A DNA stretch of 64,000 nucleotides, from contig JALMLS010000531.1 in assembly GCA_038496445.1 (NCBI GenBank), forward strand, positions 186,001 to 250,000, given 5' to 3'. This stretch comes from Trichosphaerium sp. ATCC 40318. Lineage: Eukaryota; Protista; Tubulinea. Position numbers and translations under genes: made by a program. Below, piece by piece: positions 37,520 to 50,441 of the stretch; position 1 is the stretch's first letter, and each line of letters starts with the position of its first letter. The notes under the pieces were generated by a model. The model was not told where the DNA came from, ran no database searches, and worked only from the letters and a program-made list of their open reading frames with translations.

Positions 37520-38456
37520 AACAAAGGAAAAATGAGAAAAAACAACGAGGGGAAAAGAAAAAAAATCCAAAATAACAAAAAACAAAAAATCGCGCTCCCG
37601 TTCATTGTGAACTTCTAATTTGCACTGCACTGTATTATAATGTGTATATTAAGTAAATAAGCCTGGAAAGCATACCGCAAAAGGGCCACTACAAACTAAA
37701 ATAACTGACTTGAATCTTTGCGTATTAATTGATTTTATCACGTGGTTTTTTTTTTTCTTGCTGAAAATGTCAAAAAGAGCCGTTAACGGCATTCATTGCC
37801 TAATTCCACATGATTGTCACTGTACAGTGAATTGTGTTATGTTGTGAGTTCGTGAGTTTACGGAGCATTTCTCAAAACCGCTTCCGATGGCCGTAACATT
37901 TTTACGAAAATAATTTGACAGCTTTTTTGGATTGTAAATTGACAATCCTCTAATGACATTTAGAAGGGCGCTCTCATATTGGCGTAGTCGAATATGGCAT
38001 GTAATGTATTACAACAAAGGAAACCCGCTCATTAGAGCTCAGTAGAGTCCATTATTGCGGTGTCATATCGTGCTTGTACAGTAGGGTTTAGGACAAAGGA
38101 GTTTCCATCACTAGCGGAACCCTGCAATCTGGATTTCGAGATTAACTAGCTAGTTGACACTATCTGTTAGCAACACAAAAAAAGTGACAATGTGATGCGC
38201 TCTATGGATTAAAGTAGTTTGTGGATTCTCCTCCGACCGATCTTTTTCAAATAAACATTTTGACTTTTTTTCGTTTGTATTGAATCACCAAGCACATTGT
38301 CTCAGGTTGTGTCATGATTTTGGCTAATTTAGGTCTTTATGAAATACTATAGCATGTTACAGTTTAGCAATAACGAATATTCGGAGTTATCAAACTTGTT
38401 CAATAAGACTGAATTTGACATCTTTTTTCGAGGTTAAAAAAAACCGGCGAGGTACT

Positions 38457-38907
38457 ATGAGCAGTAAAGCAAGACGACTTATTTATGAACCTGGTCCAAC
38501 TACACGTGATGAAGAGACTAACATATATCACTTTAAAATAAACAAGATGGTACGAGATGTAACAAACTAGAACGTTTTTATTTTATTTTTCTTTCGATTT
38601 TTGATATTTTTTTTAAAGACATTTCTATTTCCTCTTTGGTATTACAATCTAATTAATCAGTTTATAGTGTCCATTGTACTTTAGTAAAAGCGGTTGGAGT
38701 CGTAGAAACCCCTCGTGGGAGTTTCGCAATGATGCTGAGCTCTTGAAGCAGTGTACGCGCAGTATTTATCGGTTTGAAAGCGATCAACTTTTTTGGTCTT
38801 TTTTTTCTTTTTTGTTGTTAATCTATTTTCCAGATTTCGTTATGCACAATGAACCCACCACGCATAAAAAGAAGATGGATATTGATTTCCTACTCACGAA
38901 TAATTAG
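38457..38907 (+). CDS. Spliced microprotein, paralog A (about 80 aa, 3 exons)
   Basis: MSSKARRLIYEPGPTTRDEETNIYHFKINKM|CPLYFSKSGWSRRNPSWEFRNDAELLKQ|...KKKMDIDFLLTNN*; intron 38550-38667; paralog at 47309 has the same intron positions. Confidence 0.75.
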
Positions 38908-41843
38908 TAAAGCGTTTCCTTGTGTGATAATAAGTAAAATAAATACACCACATGGTAGCTAGTTCAAATCCGAACAGTTGGTATTGTTGTTTAATTTATG
39001 AAAATATCAATTTTAGGCATATGTTTTTTTAAAACATTCTTTCTCAGTTAGGATCAATCAAATATACGTAAGTAAAGTAGAAATTACCTGTAGTGAATTA
39101 CTGCAAAATACGACATGTTGTAGGAAGAGTTCTGCCTCAAGAACAAAGCATCTTTTCGAAACGCCTACAAAGGGTAATCAAGAGCTCCCAAAAGTGGCCG
39201 GATGCCATTTTTTCTCAAAGCGGCGTTTACGAATGCACCACGTGTGAATCAGAAAGCGGAAAGTGGTGTCCACGTGGATTTTTTCTTTCAAGAACAATGT
39301 AGATCACTCCGGAGTTCGTATGTGTTTACTAAACGTTGTTAGAGTTTGTCAAAATCACGTGACCAAAAAAAAAAAAGTTATTTTTAACTTTTATTTTCAC
39401 TTTTCTTTTTCTTTTTCTTTGTCAGATTGTAAGCTTTGAAAAACGTTGTTGTTTGTTTTGTGTTGATAAAAATGAATAAGTGGTAGATGGTTTTAACAAA
39501 GAGGGTTAAAAAAAAGATCAATGGTATGTGACAAATTGCTTGTCAGATAACACCGACTGTAAAAAAAAAATTACGCTAGTCCTGAAGGAATAATTACTGC
39601 ACTTGTTGAGTACACCCTTTTTTTTTAACTGTTTCAAAAACAATAAGGAATAGCAAGCACATACCAATTAGGTTTCTTGAATTTAAAACCGCATGGTAGC
39701 TAGAAAGTACGAAAATCGAAAGCATTGTACATACCGAAGTTAGATAGATGAAGGCTTCATACCGCAGGACAAACTTTTTCGTCTTTGAAAACAATCTCGA
39801 AAGGATCACCAACTCAGGCGCTTGCTTCACATGAGCCCAAACATGTGGTCTCTAACCTGAATGAACAATGGTAAGAGTGCGAATGGTGTTACAGAAAGGT
39901 CTTTGTGGCTGTATCGCGCTTACCTTTGCTGTGGCTGTAGGCTTGGTTTCTCCCAATATATAAAGAAATATTCGGAGGAGATGTGTATGTAATGAGATTG
40001 CTCTTTTTGAAAAAAAAAAGCGATTTACGCGGGTCAAATGCTTTCTTTTTAAAATAAACTACGTGCTAGTTATGATATAGAAGTAGTATAATATATATAC
40101 GTTATAGTTTGATAAAAATATGTACCAGACAAAGAACAAAATTAGATTTTCCAAAAAAATTAGATTAGATTGCTTCTTTTTACGTTTGGAATGTATTTAC
40201 AAACTTACCGTTAGATATGCTTGTTCGTTATTCGGTTGTCGTAATGCCGTCTTTGAGATTGTTACGGAGAAAATACTAAGAGGTTAAGCCAGGAGGTACA
40301 GAAACGATTTTGTGGACTGAGTTTGGCTTATTTTTAAGATATGTTCACTGTCTTCGTTTATTTGTTTAGAGTGTTTTGTGTGAAGGTATTTTACGGCATT
40401 ATGAAGCGACACTGGTGATAGATTTCGGTTTTCTGGCAACGGCAAGGACGTCAATGAGGAAATTAATAATAACGGCTCTTATCATTGTTGTGATGATGCT
40501 CATGGCCTCTTTTTGTTTCTACAGATTATTAGAAAATTGCTGGTAGCGCTATGATCTTTTGTTAGCATACTTGTGCATCTAAAAAGTTATACTAGCATGG
40601 TATCTACACAGCGAGTATGGTTTCATGCGTTGTTCTTTCTTAAAATGTTCTCTCAAATTACAATACAACGAGAATGGTACAGGGAGATTACTGTATACTC
40701 TAGTAACTCTACTAGCATCATATCATGATGTAGTAATAGAACACAATGGTCTTCTGCTTGCAGTGTTTGAAAAACGTGCACGCGGTTTCTATTTAGCCGA
40801 GGAAAAGTCCTAGCATAGTACGTACTTGTAGCGTTGTAGGTTACCGGGTTTGTTCGGGTTTTTTTTTCAAAAATAAACAGAGTACTCCGAGAAAGTGTTC
40901 ACTAAAAGAAAACGTTAGTTGTGCAGTTTTTACAAGCTACTGGAGTAAATATGACGTCGCAATTATGGCATCATGTCTACATAGAGCTCCGCGGAGGAAA
41001 TAACACGTTTACGCTAGTCACGTGATTATTTTTTTTTATACAGTTTTAAAACGTGCGTAGGTGAAAGGTGTGAATAGGAATAATGCTAGAAATCCATTAT
41101 TATTATAGTTGCGAAAGAGAATAGAAGAAGTGTCAAAACTTGGTATGCAACTTTTTTCTTGCTACATTGCAATTGCGGCCCGACAAAATAGGTACTTTGA
41201 GTTATTCTTTTATTCTTTTTTTCAGATTATATTATTTTCTACACATGCTAAAGGATAGCTGTGGTATGAGAGGATAACAAATACAGAGAAAGAATAGCGC
41301 TACTGAAGAACTTCATTTTTTTTTGTTTTTTTTTTATTTGTCACTTAAAAATGTATTGATGCAGAACTACCTCTTTAAGTTGCGTCAGCAGTTAGTTAAA
41401 AGTGATCAAACAAAGCAATGGTTACCAATTATTTATTCTTAGTTTAGGCAGCGAAGTATAATACTTTGCGCCTTTGTGGAAATGTACAACAAATAATTTT
41501 CTGCTTTTTTATTGAAAAGTAGTAAGTTGTTTGTCGTTACCACTGTTATACACTTGTCTTTTAGACGTGAAACAAGTCCTCATATATTTTATGACATCGC
41601 AGTATACCGAGCTAAAGTTGTTATTTGACATAAAGCATTGTATTGCAGACGCAAGAAATTTTGATAAATAACCAAAGTACCATACTATTATAACGGTACG
41701 TCTAAATTGAAGAAATATTGACACGTCGCAATGTCAAAAAATATTGAGATCATAAGTAAGTTAAATTAACCATCTGTAGAAGAGTGGAGGTACTGGAGAT
41801 CACAAAAATGGATTGTGTAATTGTACAAGAGAAAAAATGTCTT

Positions 41844-42791
41844 TTATTCCTTACACGTGAAGTTCAAGCTAAAGTCATAGTCGATTATTGTACCATACTC
41901 TCGATTAATCTCTTTAATATCAATTTTATCACCCATAACTTTTGCATTTACAGTACCACGTTGTCTAGTAAAACTACATATTCTTTTTACATAAATAAAT
42001 CTATTACATCGTGGATGATACTCAATAAAATCAATCTTATCTTTCTTCATTTTTTTCCCAAAGTTTTCATGATAAGTATCAAAAGGGTGTATAAAGTAAT
42101 CAGAAGTTGAAGGGTTATACAGTGTTTGAGATATTGAATAGTGTTTAGCTTCATGAAACGGAGAAAGAAAGTATGATCCTTTATCAGGGTAAAGATAAGA
42201 ACCATTATCCATTGAGATATAAGCATGTGTTGTCAGATTATGATTCTCCATTTGTTTTGTAACACAATCGAAATAATCACTTGGTGGTATATCATCAGGG
42301 TCCATTAATACATGAAGAGTCTTGTTATTAGTGCCTTTAGCTACCTGGCTTCTATTTATCGCGACTACAGCAGAATTCACGACTTTTATCGGTAAACTGT
42401 GACTGAAGTGTTCGCACTGGTATAGAACGTTTGTAAGGTACTCAAACTTGTCTGGGTTGACGTAAAGGAACAATTGAATATCGTATAAGTCCATCTTCGA
42501 AGTATAAAAGCGAAGAAAACCGTTGCAGAAGAAGTGTTCGAAATCATATTTAGGTGCGTCGCCACCCCAAGTGTACACGCTTGCGTAGATATAAAAAGAC
42601 CATTTTGATTCGTCGGTATGTGTAGTCTCTTCAATGCTCTTGGCAGGTTCGGTGGGCGTAGTAGTATCGTCTGTGCTAGTAGTCCAGCATTTATGCGGTT
42701 CTACGGACTTAGTTTCAAGAAGGAAATAAATTGTAACGGTAGAGATGCATGTCCATACAAGTAGTATAGTGGTAAAGCTTTTACCACGCAT
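41844..42791 (-). CDS. Intronless type II membrane glycosyltransferase-like protein (GT-A-type acidic motif)
   Basis: N-terminal signal anchor (FTTILLVWTCISTVTIYFLL), Thr-rich stem, LHVLMDPDD motif. Confidence 0.6.
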   Translation of the reverse strand: MRGKSFTTILLVWTCISTVTIYFLLETKSVEPHKCWTTSTDDTTTPTEPAKSIEETTHTDESKWSFYIYASVYTWGGDAPKYDFEHFFCNGFLRFYTSKMDLYDIQLFLYVNPDKFEYLTNVLYQCEHFSHSLPIKVVNSAVVAINRSQVAKGTNNKTLHVLMDPDDIPPSDYFDCVTKQMENHNLTTHAYISMDNGSYLYPDKGSYFLSPFHEAKHYSISQTLYNPSTSDYFIHPFDTYHENFGKKMKKDKIDFIEYHPRCNRFIYVKRICSFTRQRGTVNAKVMGDKIDIKEINREYGTIIDYDFSLNFTCKE

Positions 42792-43420
42792 CTTGTGCAA
42801 CAATACCGTGTTTTGAGCTTGGAATGCAATTGACTTTTCTTAAACGCCGTCATTGACGACACCGCACGTAATACTACCATGTAATTAACATACTTTGACT
42901 ATGGCGCTAATTGCAACAGCGTAAACTACAAAAACAGTCTACACGCTTCAATCTTCCTCAATATGTGGTATTTGTTGCTCCTCTATCTTTCAATGCGTAT
43001 TGAGAGTATACCTGGGTACACCGTGCATTTTAAGGTATAACTTGCACGTTTTTTTTTGCCGAGTTGCGTGACTGTTCGCTTTTTTTCATCTTTTTTGTAT
43101 TGACAACTGTTGTGTCGCTATTTAATTTTTTTAAGTTTTGATTGTGTTCATAGGTTACCTAGTATTTGGCCTATGTTTTACACACGATTGGAGCTACCTA
43201 GATTTTGTTTGGGATGCGTATGTTGCGTGATGACAAAAAATCAAAGAAATACTATTAATTGTGCTTGGCTCTATCACCTGACCGCGCCCTAGCTTTATAA
43301 CTTTAAGTACCTATGTGTCACTTGAAATCCGCCCTTGTCAGAGATGTTATGTGAATAAATTACGAGAAAAACTATTGAACTAAGTTTTTTTTTCGAGAGA
43401 AAATACAAGTATGTGTACAG

Positions 43421-45357
43421 TTAGTTTATCGTTACCACTGTAATACAGTTGTCGTGAAGTTGTGAAACAAGTAGCTCGTATGTTTCATAACGTCCAAGTG
43501 CTACGAGATGAAGGTGTTCATTTGATTTAATGAATGCACTCATTGTTTGTATTTCCTGATACAAAAAATTAGAAGGGAAAGTGTATTGTTCAAAGAAAAA
43601 TGTAAAACCGTCATGTCGTACTATTATAACAGGATAAGTCACAAGTCTATAAATATAGGCATCGCCGTACATACGAATTAAATTTACCATCTTTAGTTTC
43701 CTTAAGGATGAGGTAGAAGTTGCAAATGCTCTGAGAGCATTTGATGCCATAGTTTTGTTTGCAAACAATACAGAATCCAATGTCAACGAGGTCAAACGCC
43801 ATACAGGCATATTGTCCAACTCACACCGCATAATTGTTGCTTTTTTCAGAGACAATATGTTTAGATGAGGAAAGCATTCGAGTAGTGAGTTAAAGTCGTT
43901 ACCACTAGAAATCCTTATTTTTTCAAATGATATTGTTGAAACCTTGTTTGCCTCTCCAACGCTTATGAAGTCTTTTTCGTCTTTCCCCCCTGATTCTATT
44001 GGTATTTTAAATATGATTGGTCGTCTTCCACATTGTACTAGAATGGTGCGTTCTTCTCCATACACGGTAAGGTTCTTGAACTGTCCAGCATATTTCTTGA
44101 ATTCTTGTTTATTTTCATCTATTGTTGAAAGCATTATCTCAAACGTATTGGCTTGGGGTACCATTGAAATCAATACTCTAAGTTGTTCTGGTGTCATATA
44201 TCGTTCGCTTAATTGGAAGAAAGTAAGACGTTGCTATTGCTCACGTGTACAAGAGTACCCGACGTGTAAAGTTGTTATTCTTGCAGCGTTTAGAGATGAT
44301 AGCATGCTAACTATCTCTGAGTAAGGCAGCCCATCAACAATGAGTGTTGATAAGCAAGGCATCGTTTCTTCAGATAATCGGAACAGGTTCAGGTATGTGA
44401 CATTCTTTGCAATCAACGTATGAAGTTTAGGAAGTGTTAAACCTTTTTTGAAAAAAACTCGATTATTCCGTATTACTTTCAAAACAAAAATTTTATACCT
44501 CTGAAAAATCTTTTCCCAGGAGATTTATGCCATCCAGAGATACTAAAAAAAGTTCCTCAGGTAAATATAATAGCGGGAGCTAAAAATGTTATTCCATACT
44601 TGAGGTATTCGAGGAACTTGTAATTCCGTAATAATTTTTTCAATCCGTAAGATGAGAATTGGAGATCCGCAAGTGACAGTTTCTGTGGTAAAAAAATAAG
44701 GTACTAATCGTCTCCCTTTGTGAGGTTTTCAAAGATCTCATCAAAAACAAAATCAAAACTCAACGGGTACTTACTGTGACACCTCTACAATGTATTGAAA
44801 GTATCTTAAAAGCGTCTGTACAATCTATAGATGAACAACCATCAAGTACCACATGCTTCAAATTTGGACAAATTCTCAACACCTAGACAAACAACAGAGG
44901 GTTATTTAATTGTGACAATCCAAATAAATTTGCTTGGTACGTTATCTAGTTGGACATTACCCAAAAACCTGTTTTTCAAAAAAAAATTATTAATCAGTAC
45001 GAAGTGAACGAAAGTTAGCACGTGCCTGCAGTTTGTGAGGTCAATTTCATGCATATAGATTTGCGCTAGCGCTGCCAATTTCAATGCTAAGGGTGGTGTG
45101 CTTTGACATAACGATACACGAGAAATGAAGCTTAGTGTTTAAAGTTAATTATAATACGCCTTTGAATTTAATCCATTAGTGGGTTTCATAGCTTTTTTAA
45201 TACTCTCTTTGTTCAAAATAACGTACTATGGGTCTAATGCAATTGTTTTCCATCTAATACAAACAAGAGACAGCCGAAACACGTATCTAAGTGTCACCCT
45301 GTTGTAATTGAGCATTTTGCACATCACTTCCGGAGGTAGATCATCAATGTAATTCAT
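43421..45357 (-). CDS. F-box + degenerate LRR protein; multi-exon
   Basis: MNYIDDLPPEVMCKML...LSLVCIRWKTIA (F-box); LRR-like segments CPNLKHVVLDGC, LPKLHTLIA and FPHLNILSL. Confidence 0.75.
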
Positions 45358-47308
45358 TGTCGTTGTATAAAAAGTTTTTTACGGAAGCCCAAATATGTAG
45401 TATTTTGTCAAAACAAAGTCAAAAATTCGGACCACTAATTATCCTATATTATGTCATAGGAACTATTTAGAAAGCCCCTTTTAGGGGGGTTGGCGGGACA
45501 GAGCCTAGCGGCGGCTGAGCGCCATAACCCTGTTGTCTCCCTGTGGCGAACAGTTCAATATCACTTTGACATTTTTTCGACTGTTTTTTTGACATTGAAG
45601 TATAACCCGCTTTTTATTATATTGTTGTGGGAGGATTATATCCAAGGAGTGCGGAAGAGGAGAGGAGCGGTTATACTATTTATTCCCGCGAGATAGTGAT
45701 CTCCGGGCGGTGTACAATCTGTGTTTTCAATTTATTAATAAATCTCGTTCAGAAAAAGACCTCGTACAAGAAATATTCTCAAGAAAACATAGATTGTGTA
45801 ACCTTGGTGCTGAACGCATTTTATGCAGTGTCAATTAAGCGTATTTACATGAGTGTTTTGTTGTTGAGGCTAAGAGTCAAAAATCACGTGATTTGCCTTA
45901 AGCATACATTGAAGTTTGTATGTTACGTTTACGTGACGAAAGGTGACCACATAGTAGCTTTCAACAAAGATGTGATTATTTTTTCGCGGTATCAAATGGT
46001 GCACATGATGAAAAAAAATGTAAAGTCAACTCTTCTGAACGTCTGTCCTTCTTCGCCAAGGTAGATGTTCCAAACCTCGATATCAACGTATTCTCAGGTC
46101 ATGAGGTAACGTACGTTCATAGACTCGCAGGCAATTCAATGCGTCGCTAAAACAGCTCCGAAAAATAATACATCTGAGGTTTGATACAAAAAAAACCCAC
46201 TTGTTTTTGTACTTTTACGCCGAAAAAAATCATCTAGTTTGTCTCCGATTGAATTCACTCTGGGCTTGTATTTCTTGTGTCACCTATGCCTAAATTAAAA
46301 CTCATAGCGTGAGGAAAACAATGCAGTTAAACGTTATCATAACGAACGAAACCTATATTTGACTTTTTCAAAAAACCAGAAAATTTACCTGGATTTTACC
46401 AATTGTTTCTGTGATTGAAATAGCCGCATCTGTGCTAGTAGTTTTTATATAAATAGATGCATTGGTAAGGATATTATATATACTTTATTCAATCAATCTC
46501 AGACTCACGGAGTTAAATACAAAGAAAGTTAAGCATGTCAACTATCATTTGAAAAAAAACCAAAATAAAACAAAAAAAGCCGAAAAGCTTTTCGCGTTTT
46601 TTCACGCTAGCCAAGTCTCATTTTGTAAATGTTGTCACTGTTTTAAACACAAGAAACCGTATTACCAATCTTCCACGAATAATATTGTTTACAGACACTT
46701 CCAGATAGTAAAAAAGACTACTAACAAATTCATAGCTAAGTATGACATTTATACGTGATTTACCTGAGCTCTCTTTCCAATTACTACCAAACTACACGTG
46801 ACCCAACTACTGTGAATGTTATTATAAATATTATAATAACATAGCCCCACAAAACACACATACAAAGGTCCCTAATAAGTACCTTATTAGCGAGAACAGA
46901 ACCAAGAAAATGTCAATGAGCTGTTTTGATCCAAAAACACGCAGTTATGCTTCATCAAGCCCTGTACGCGTTCTTTAACTCTGTACATCACGCGGAAGTA
47001 ATTTCCGAATGCTATACAGTGATTTATCACGTTTTAACGCTTAAAGCACGTTGAGGCATTTCTAAATACATTTGACATTAAAATAAAAATGGGACACGTT
47101 ATTCTAGACGGCGCTCACAACGCCTGAGATAAAATACATCATGTGATTGTTCCCAATAAACTAAGCAATCTAATATGGGATGATGGCTATAATACAAAGG
47201 GTTAGAGGCGAACAAAATCATCGGAGTTATGCCAAAAAAAAAAAAAAGGAAAAAAAAACACTCTCATTAAGTTGGTGTCCACGTTTTTTAAATTCTAGTC
47301 TCACTATA

Positions 47309-47687
47309 ATGAACGCACCAAGAAGAAGAGATGCAATGTTTGAGCCAGGGCCAACAAAAGGAAGCAAAGAGCCAATGGTGTTTAAATTTAAAATAAATAA
47401 ACAGGTATGACGAAATCACCAATAAGGGTGTTTTAATGAATTTGATTTTGTTGATACTAATGTCACTGTCATTAGTGCCCTATGTACTTTTGTGAAAGGG
47501 GTTGGTGTCCCCGTAGCCCTACGTGGGAGTTTCGTAACGATGCAGAGCTCCTGGCGCGATGTACGCAACGTTTGAGAAAGTCTAACAGAGCACAATGTGT
47601 TTGTAAAAACAAGTTTTTATTACCGTTAACACTATCGTACTTGTAGGTCACATTGACAACTCTGACGCCAATCAAGAAATTTCATAG
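47309..47687 (+). CDS. Spliced microprotein, paralog B (about 75 aa, 3 exons)
   Basis: MNAPRRRDAMFEPGPTKGSKEPMVFKFKINKQ|CPMYFCERGWCPRSPTWEFRNDAELLAR|...; intron 47405-47475. Confidence 0.75.
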
Positions 47688-50441
47688 TGGGGCGACTGAT
47701 CTTTTTGTCCTCTTACAAAAGCAAAAACCTGTTGTAGACCAATAAACTAATCACGTGATTAAACTCGAACAAAATACTTTTTTTTTTCGTCATTTTTTTT
47801 TTGATAAAAATCAACAGAATACAGTACCTCATGCGTCCTCATATGCGTAACGCTTGTTTACTGAACTTTTGAAGTGCATATCAGTGTTCCCAATTTGAGA
47901 ATGCGTTAAATAGACGTCAGGCACGTCAAAGCTTCTCAAAACATGTCAAAACTTCTCAAAAAACTTGGGTTAGGTGTAAAAGGCAATTTCTTGTTCTCTT
48001 CCTGTATCTTTTCATAAAATCCACTTATTCCCACTAAACCAACGTAAATTAACGTACATCAAATCAGTATTTATCTCAACAAATTGAAAATCTTTCAAAA
48101 AGTGAAAGTAAAAAAGTGTCAAAAAAATCTTTTGTGTTCGCTCAGGAATTTGTTTGGGTGCATAAACATACCTACCACGACGTCTCAAACTTGTAACTAA
48201 AAACGTAATCGAGATTTTACAAAAACTATTCGGATTCCTTTTTACGCCAATCACTACGAATACGATAAACTGGGAGACTTATGGAGAGATTATTTTTGTC
48301 TTTTTCTATTCAAAATGTTTAGTCAACTAGCTTATATCAAACGTTTGATACCCTCATTCTAATACGTACCTAGTCAATAGTTATTAAAAACAATAAGTCT
48401 GCTCCCACTTGGCCAGAATTCTTCAGTTTAAACAGCTTGAATTGGCTATTGGCTCGTAAATATTATATTACAACGTATGAGAATAGATAACAACAAGCTC
48501 GAGAACATAGCGTGTACAAATGAAACCGCATTCACCATGTTTCTATGTTAGGTAATACCTTCACGGCGCACTCTCCTCGTGTGGTACTATTGAATTCAGA
48601 TGTACTAACGAGCTCTGGAGGTCAAGGAAAGTACGTTGGAATAAAGTGGATTGTTAAAAACTATTGTCATCACTCCATCGCGTTCCTTTGTAACTGCTGT
48701 AGTCTACATAAATATCAGCAAAAACTCCCATCAAAATTACCAAAAAAGCAAAACGCTTGCAACCTTTCCAAGCAATACCCACCCGTGTTGTATGCTATGA
48801 CCAACTACTACAATAATCCTAGTTACTCTTCTTTACTGTAACCAATGAGGCTACAATATCGATCCAACGCGTCGTGAGTAACCTACAGTGGAGCCAAATA
48901 CATTGGATTATTTTTACAACATAAAGTACAAAAGTTACAAAAACAGTACGTGAAAGCTCGCACGTGAATAGTGGTACTTCTCAATATTATAACCTACACG
49001 TTCATATTTTCTGATATCCCTTAAGGTCTAGAAACCTTGTACGTGGTGTAGCACGCGCAGTGCAAGTAAAGATGCTGGTCTTGAGTTATTTGATAACCAA
49101 ACAGATTCAAGTCTGTTTTCATAAATATTAGCAGCGCCTACGGCACCACCCAGCGCCGCATTGCCTTGCCCTAACTGTCGCATGTACCTGAATTCTTAGA
49201 CTCATCAACCTCTCATTAGAACAAATATAGCACCTATATTGACACCGATTAACTGTAGCGCTAATTGAGTTAGCTTTGCCTCCACTATTGATTCACGTGT
49301 GCTAGCACCATTAACATCACGCTAGCATACTCATTGCGTCTGAATAAAGCGCCTTGTGAGCACTCCGACGCACAGCAAATACCATGAGGGTTCTCTCGTG
49401 TCTTTTTGTTAAACTTGCTTATCACACTCAAGGAAAATACTTCGTGACGTGATGAAGTAAATCGTTACAATGTGCTACAAAACGTATGGAGAAAACTAAC
49501 CCCGCCGCACAAGAATTGCATTTCAAAAAAGATGATCTTTTCTGTGTATGGGGAATCCTGAAGGCTAAGAGCGCACAAGTAATACAATTAAAAAAAAGTG
49601 CGCCAAATGTGGGATTCATTTGCTTTTGCTTCTTTTTGGCTCGGAAACTATGTTTCTATGCTGACGTGAGTAAAATATGTGGTACACATTCGTACACGTA
49701 GTGCCTGAGTTTGGTATGTCACTTTGCCTGAGCTTGTGTACCATACTAATACAATTTTTTGCGTGCTTGGGACTCTCGCGTTGTGTACAGTTGCGCAGAG
49801 GCTATAAAGTGCGAACCTAATTTTCGGACATTGTTGTTTTGAGTAAATACACGTCATGGGTACTTTAAAGGGGTTACTTGCAGTGTATTTCGATGACACT
49901 CAAGTTTTGTTCACTCGCATACTATTTGTAGCGACATACAAAGGTAGTTTACGCATTTTAGAGCCTTAATGGCGCTAAACTGAGGAATGTTTAGAGTGAC
50001 AGGTTGCGGACAAAAAGAGCCAGTTTTATTGCGCAAAAATGGCTAATTAACGGTTATTTACGCTGCCTATTTGTGCAGCGATTGATTTTCATACTTACTG
50101 AGTAAAAACTCCTCCACCGGAGCTCACAGCTCTTTTATACGCTACCAACAACTGACTGACAACACAATTAATGACACCCGGTAAGGTAAAAGTAATCGAC
50201 AAAAACGAAATAGTCTATTTTCTACTCCTCCTAAATGTCACTTTAATTGTCACTTACCCGCAATTGTACACCTAAACAGCCAATAATCATAATGGAATAG
50301 AGAAGATTTGGTGAAAACACTCCCAAACAACAAACCGCCTAAAGATACAAAAAATAGTTTATTTACATTGTCAATGTGACTACAAGGTCACCTGTATAAT
50401 ACAAAAGAGAAAAAACGACCACTAAATTTGTTGCCGACACC

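Noticed and set aside
40799-40810. GAGGAAAAGTCC, similar to the RNase P CR-I motif
   Set aside because: I found no complementary CR-V/P4 partner or supporting structure.
39000-41800. Short ORFs, including a hydrophobic MRKLIITALIIVVMMLMASFCF peptide near 40454
   Set aside because: No consistent spliced model or recognisable motif; small genes or pseudogenes cannot be excluded without RNA data.
45704-45717. Minus-strand TTGTACACCGCCCG, similar to a conserved SSU rRNA motif
   Set aside because: Short, imperfect match with no flanking rRNA similarity.
47700-50400. Scattered 60-100 codon ORFs
   Set aside because: Low-complexity, AT-driven translations without motifs; treated as intergenic or UTR.
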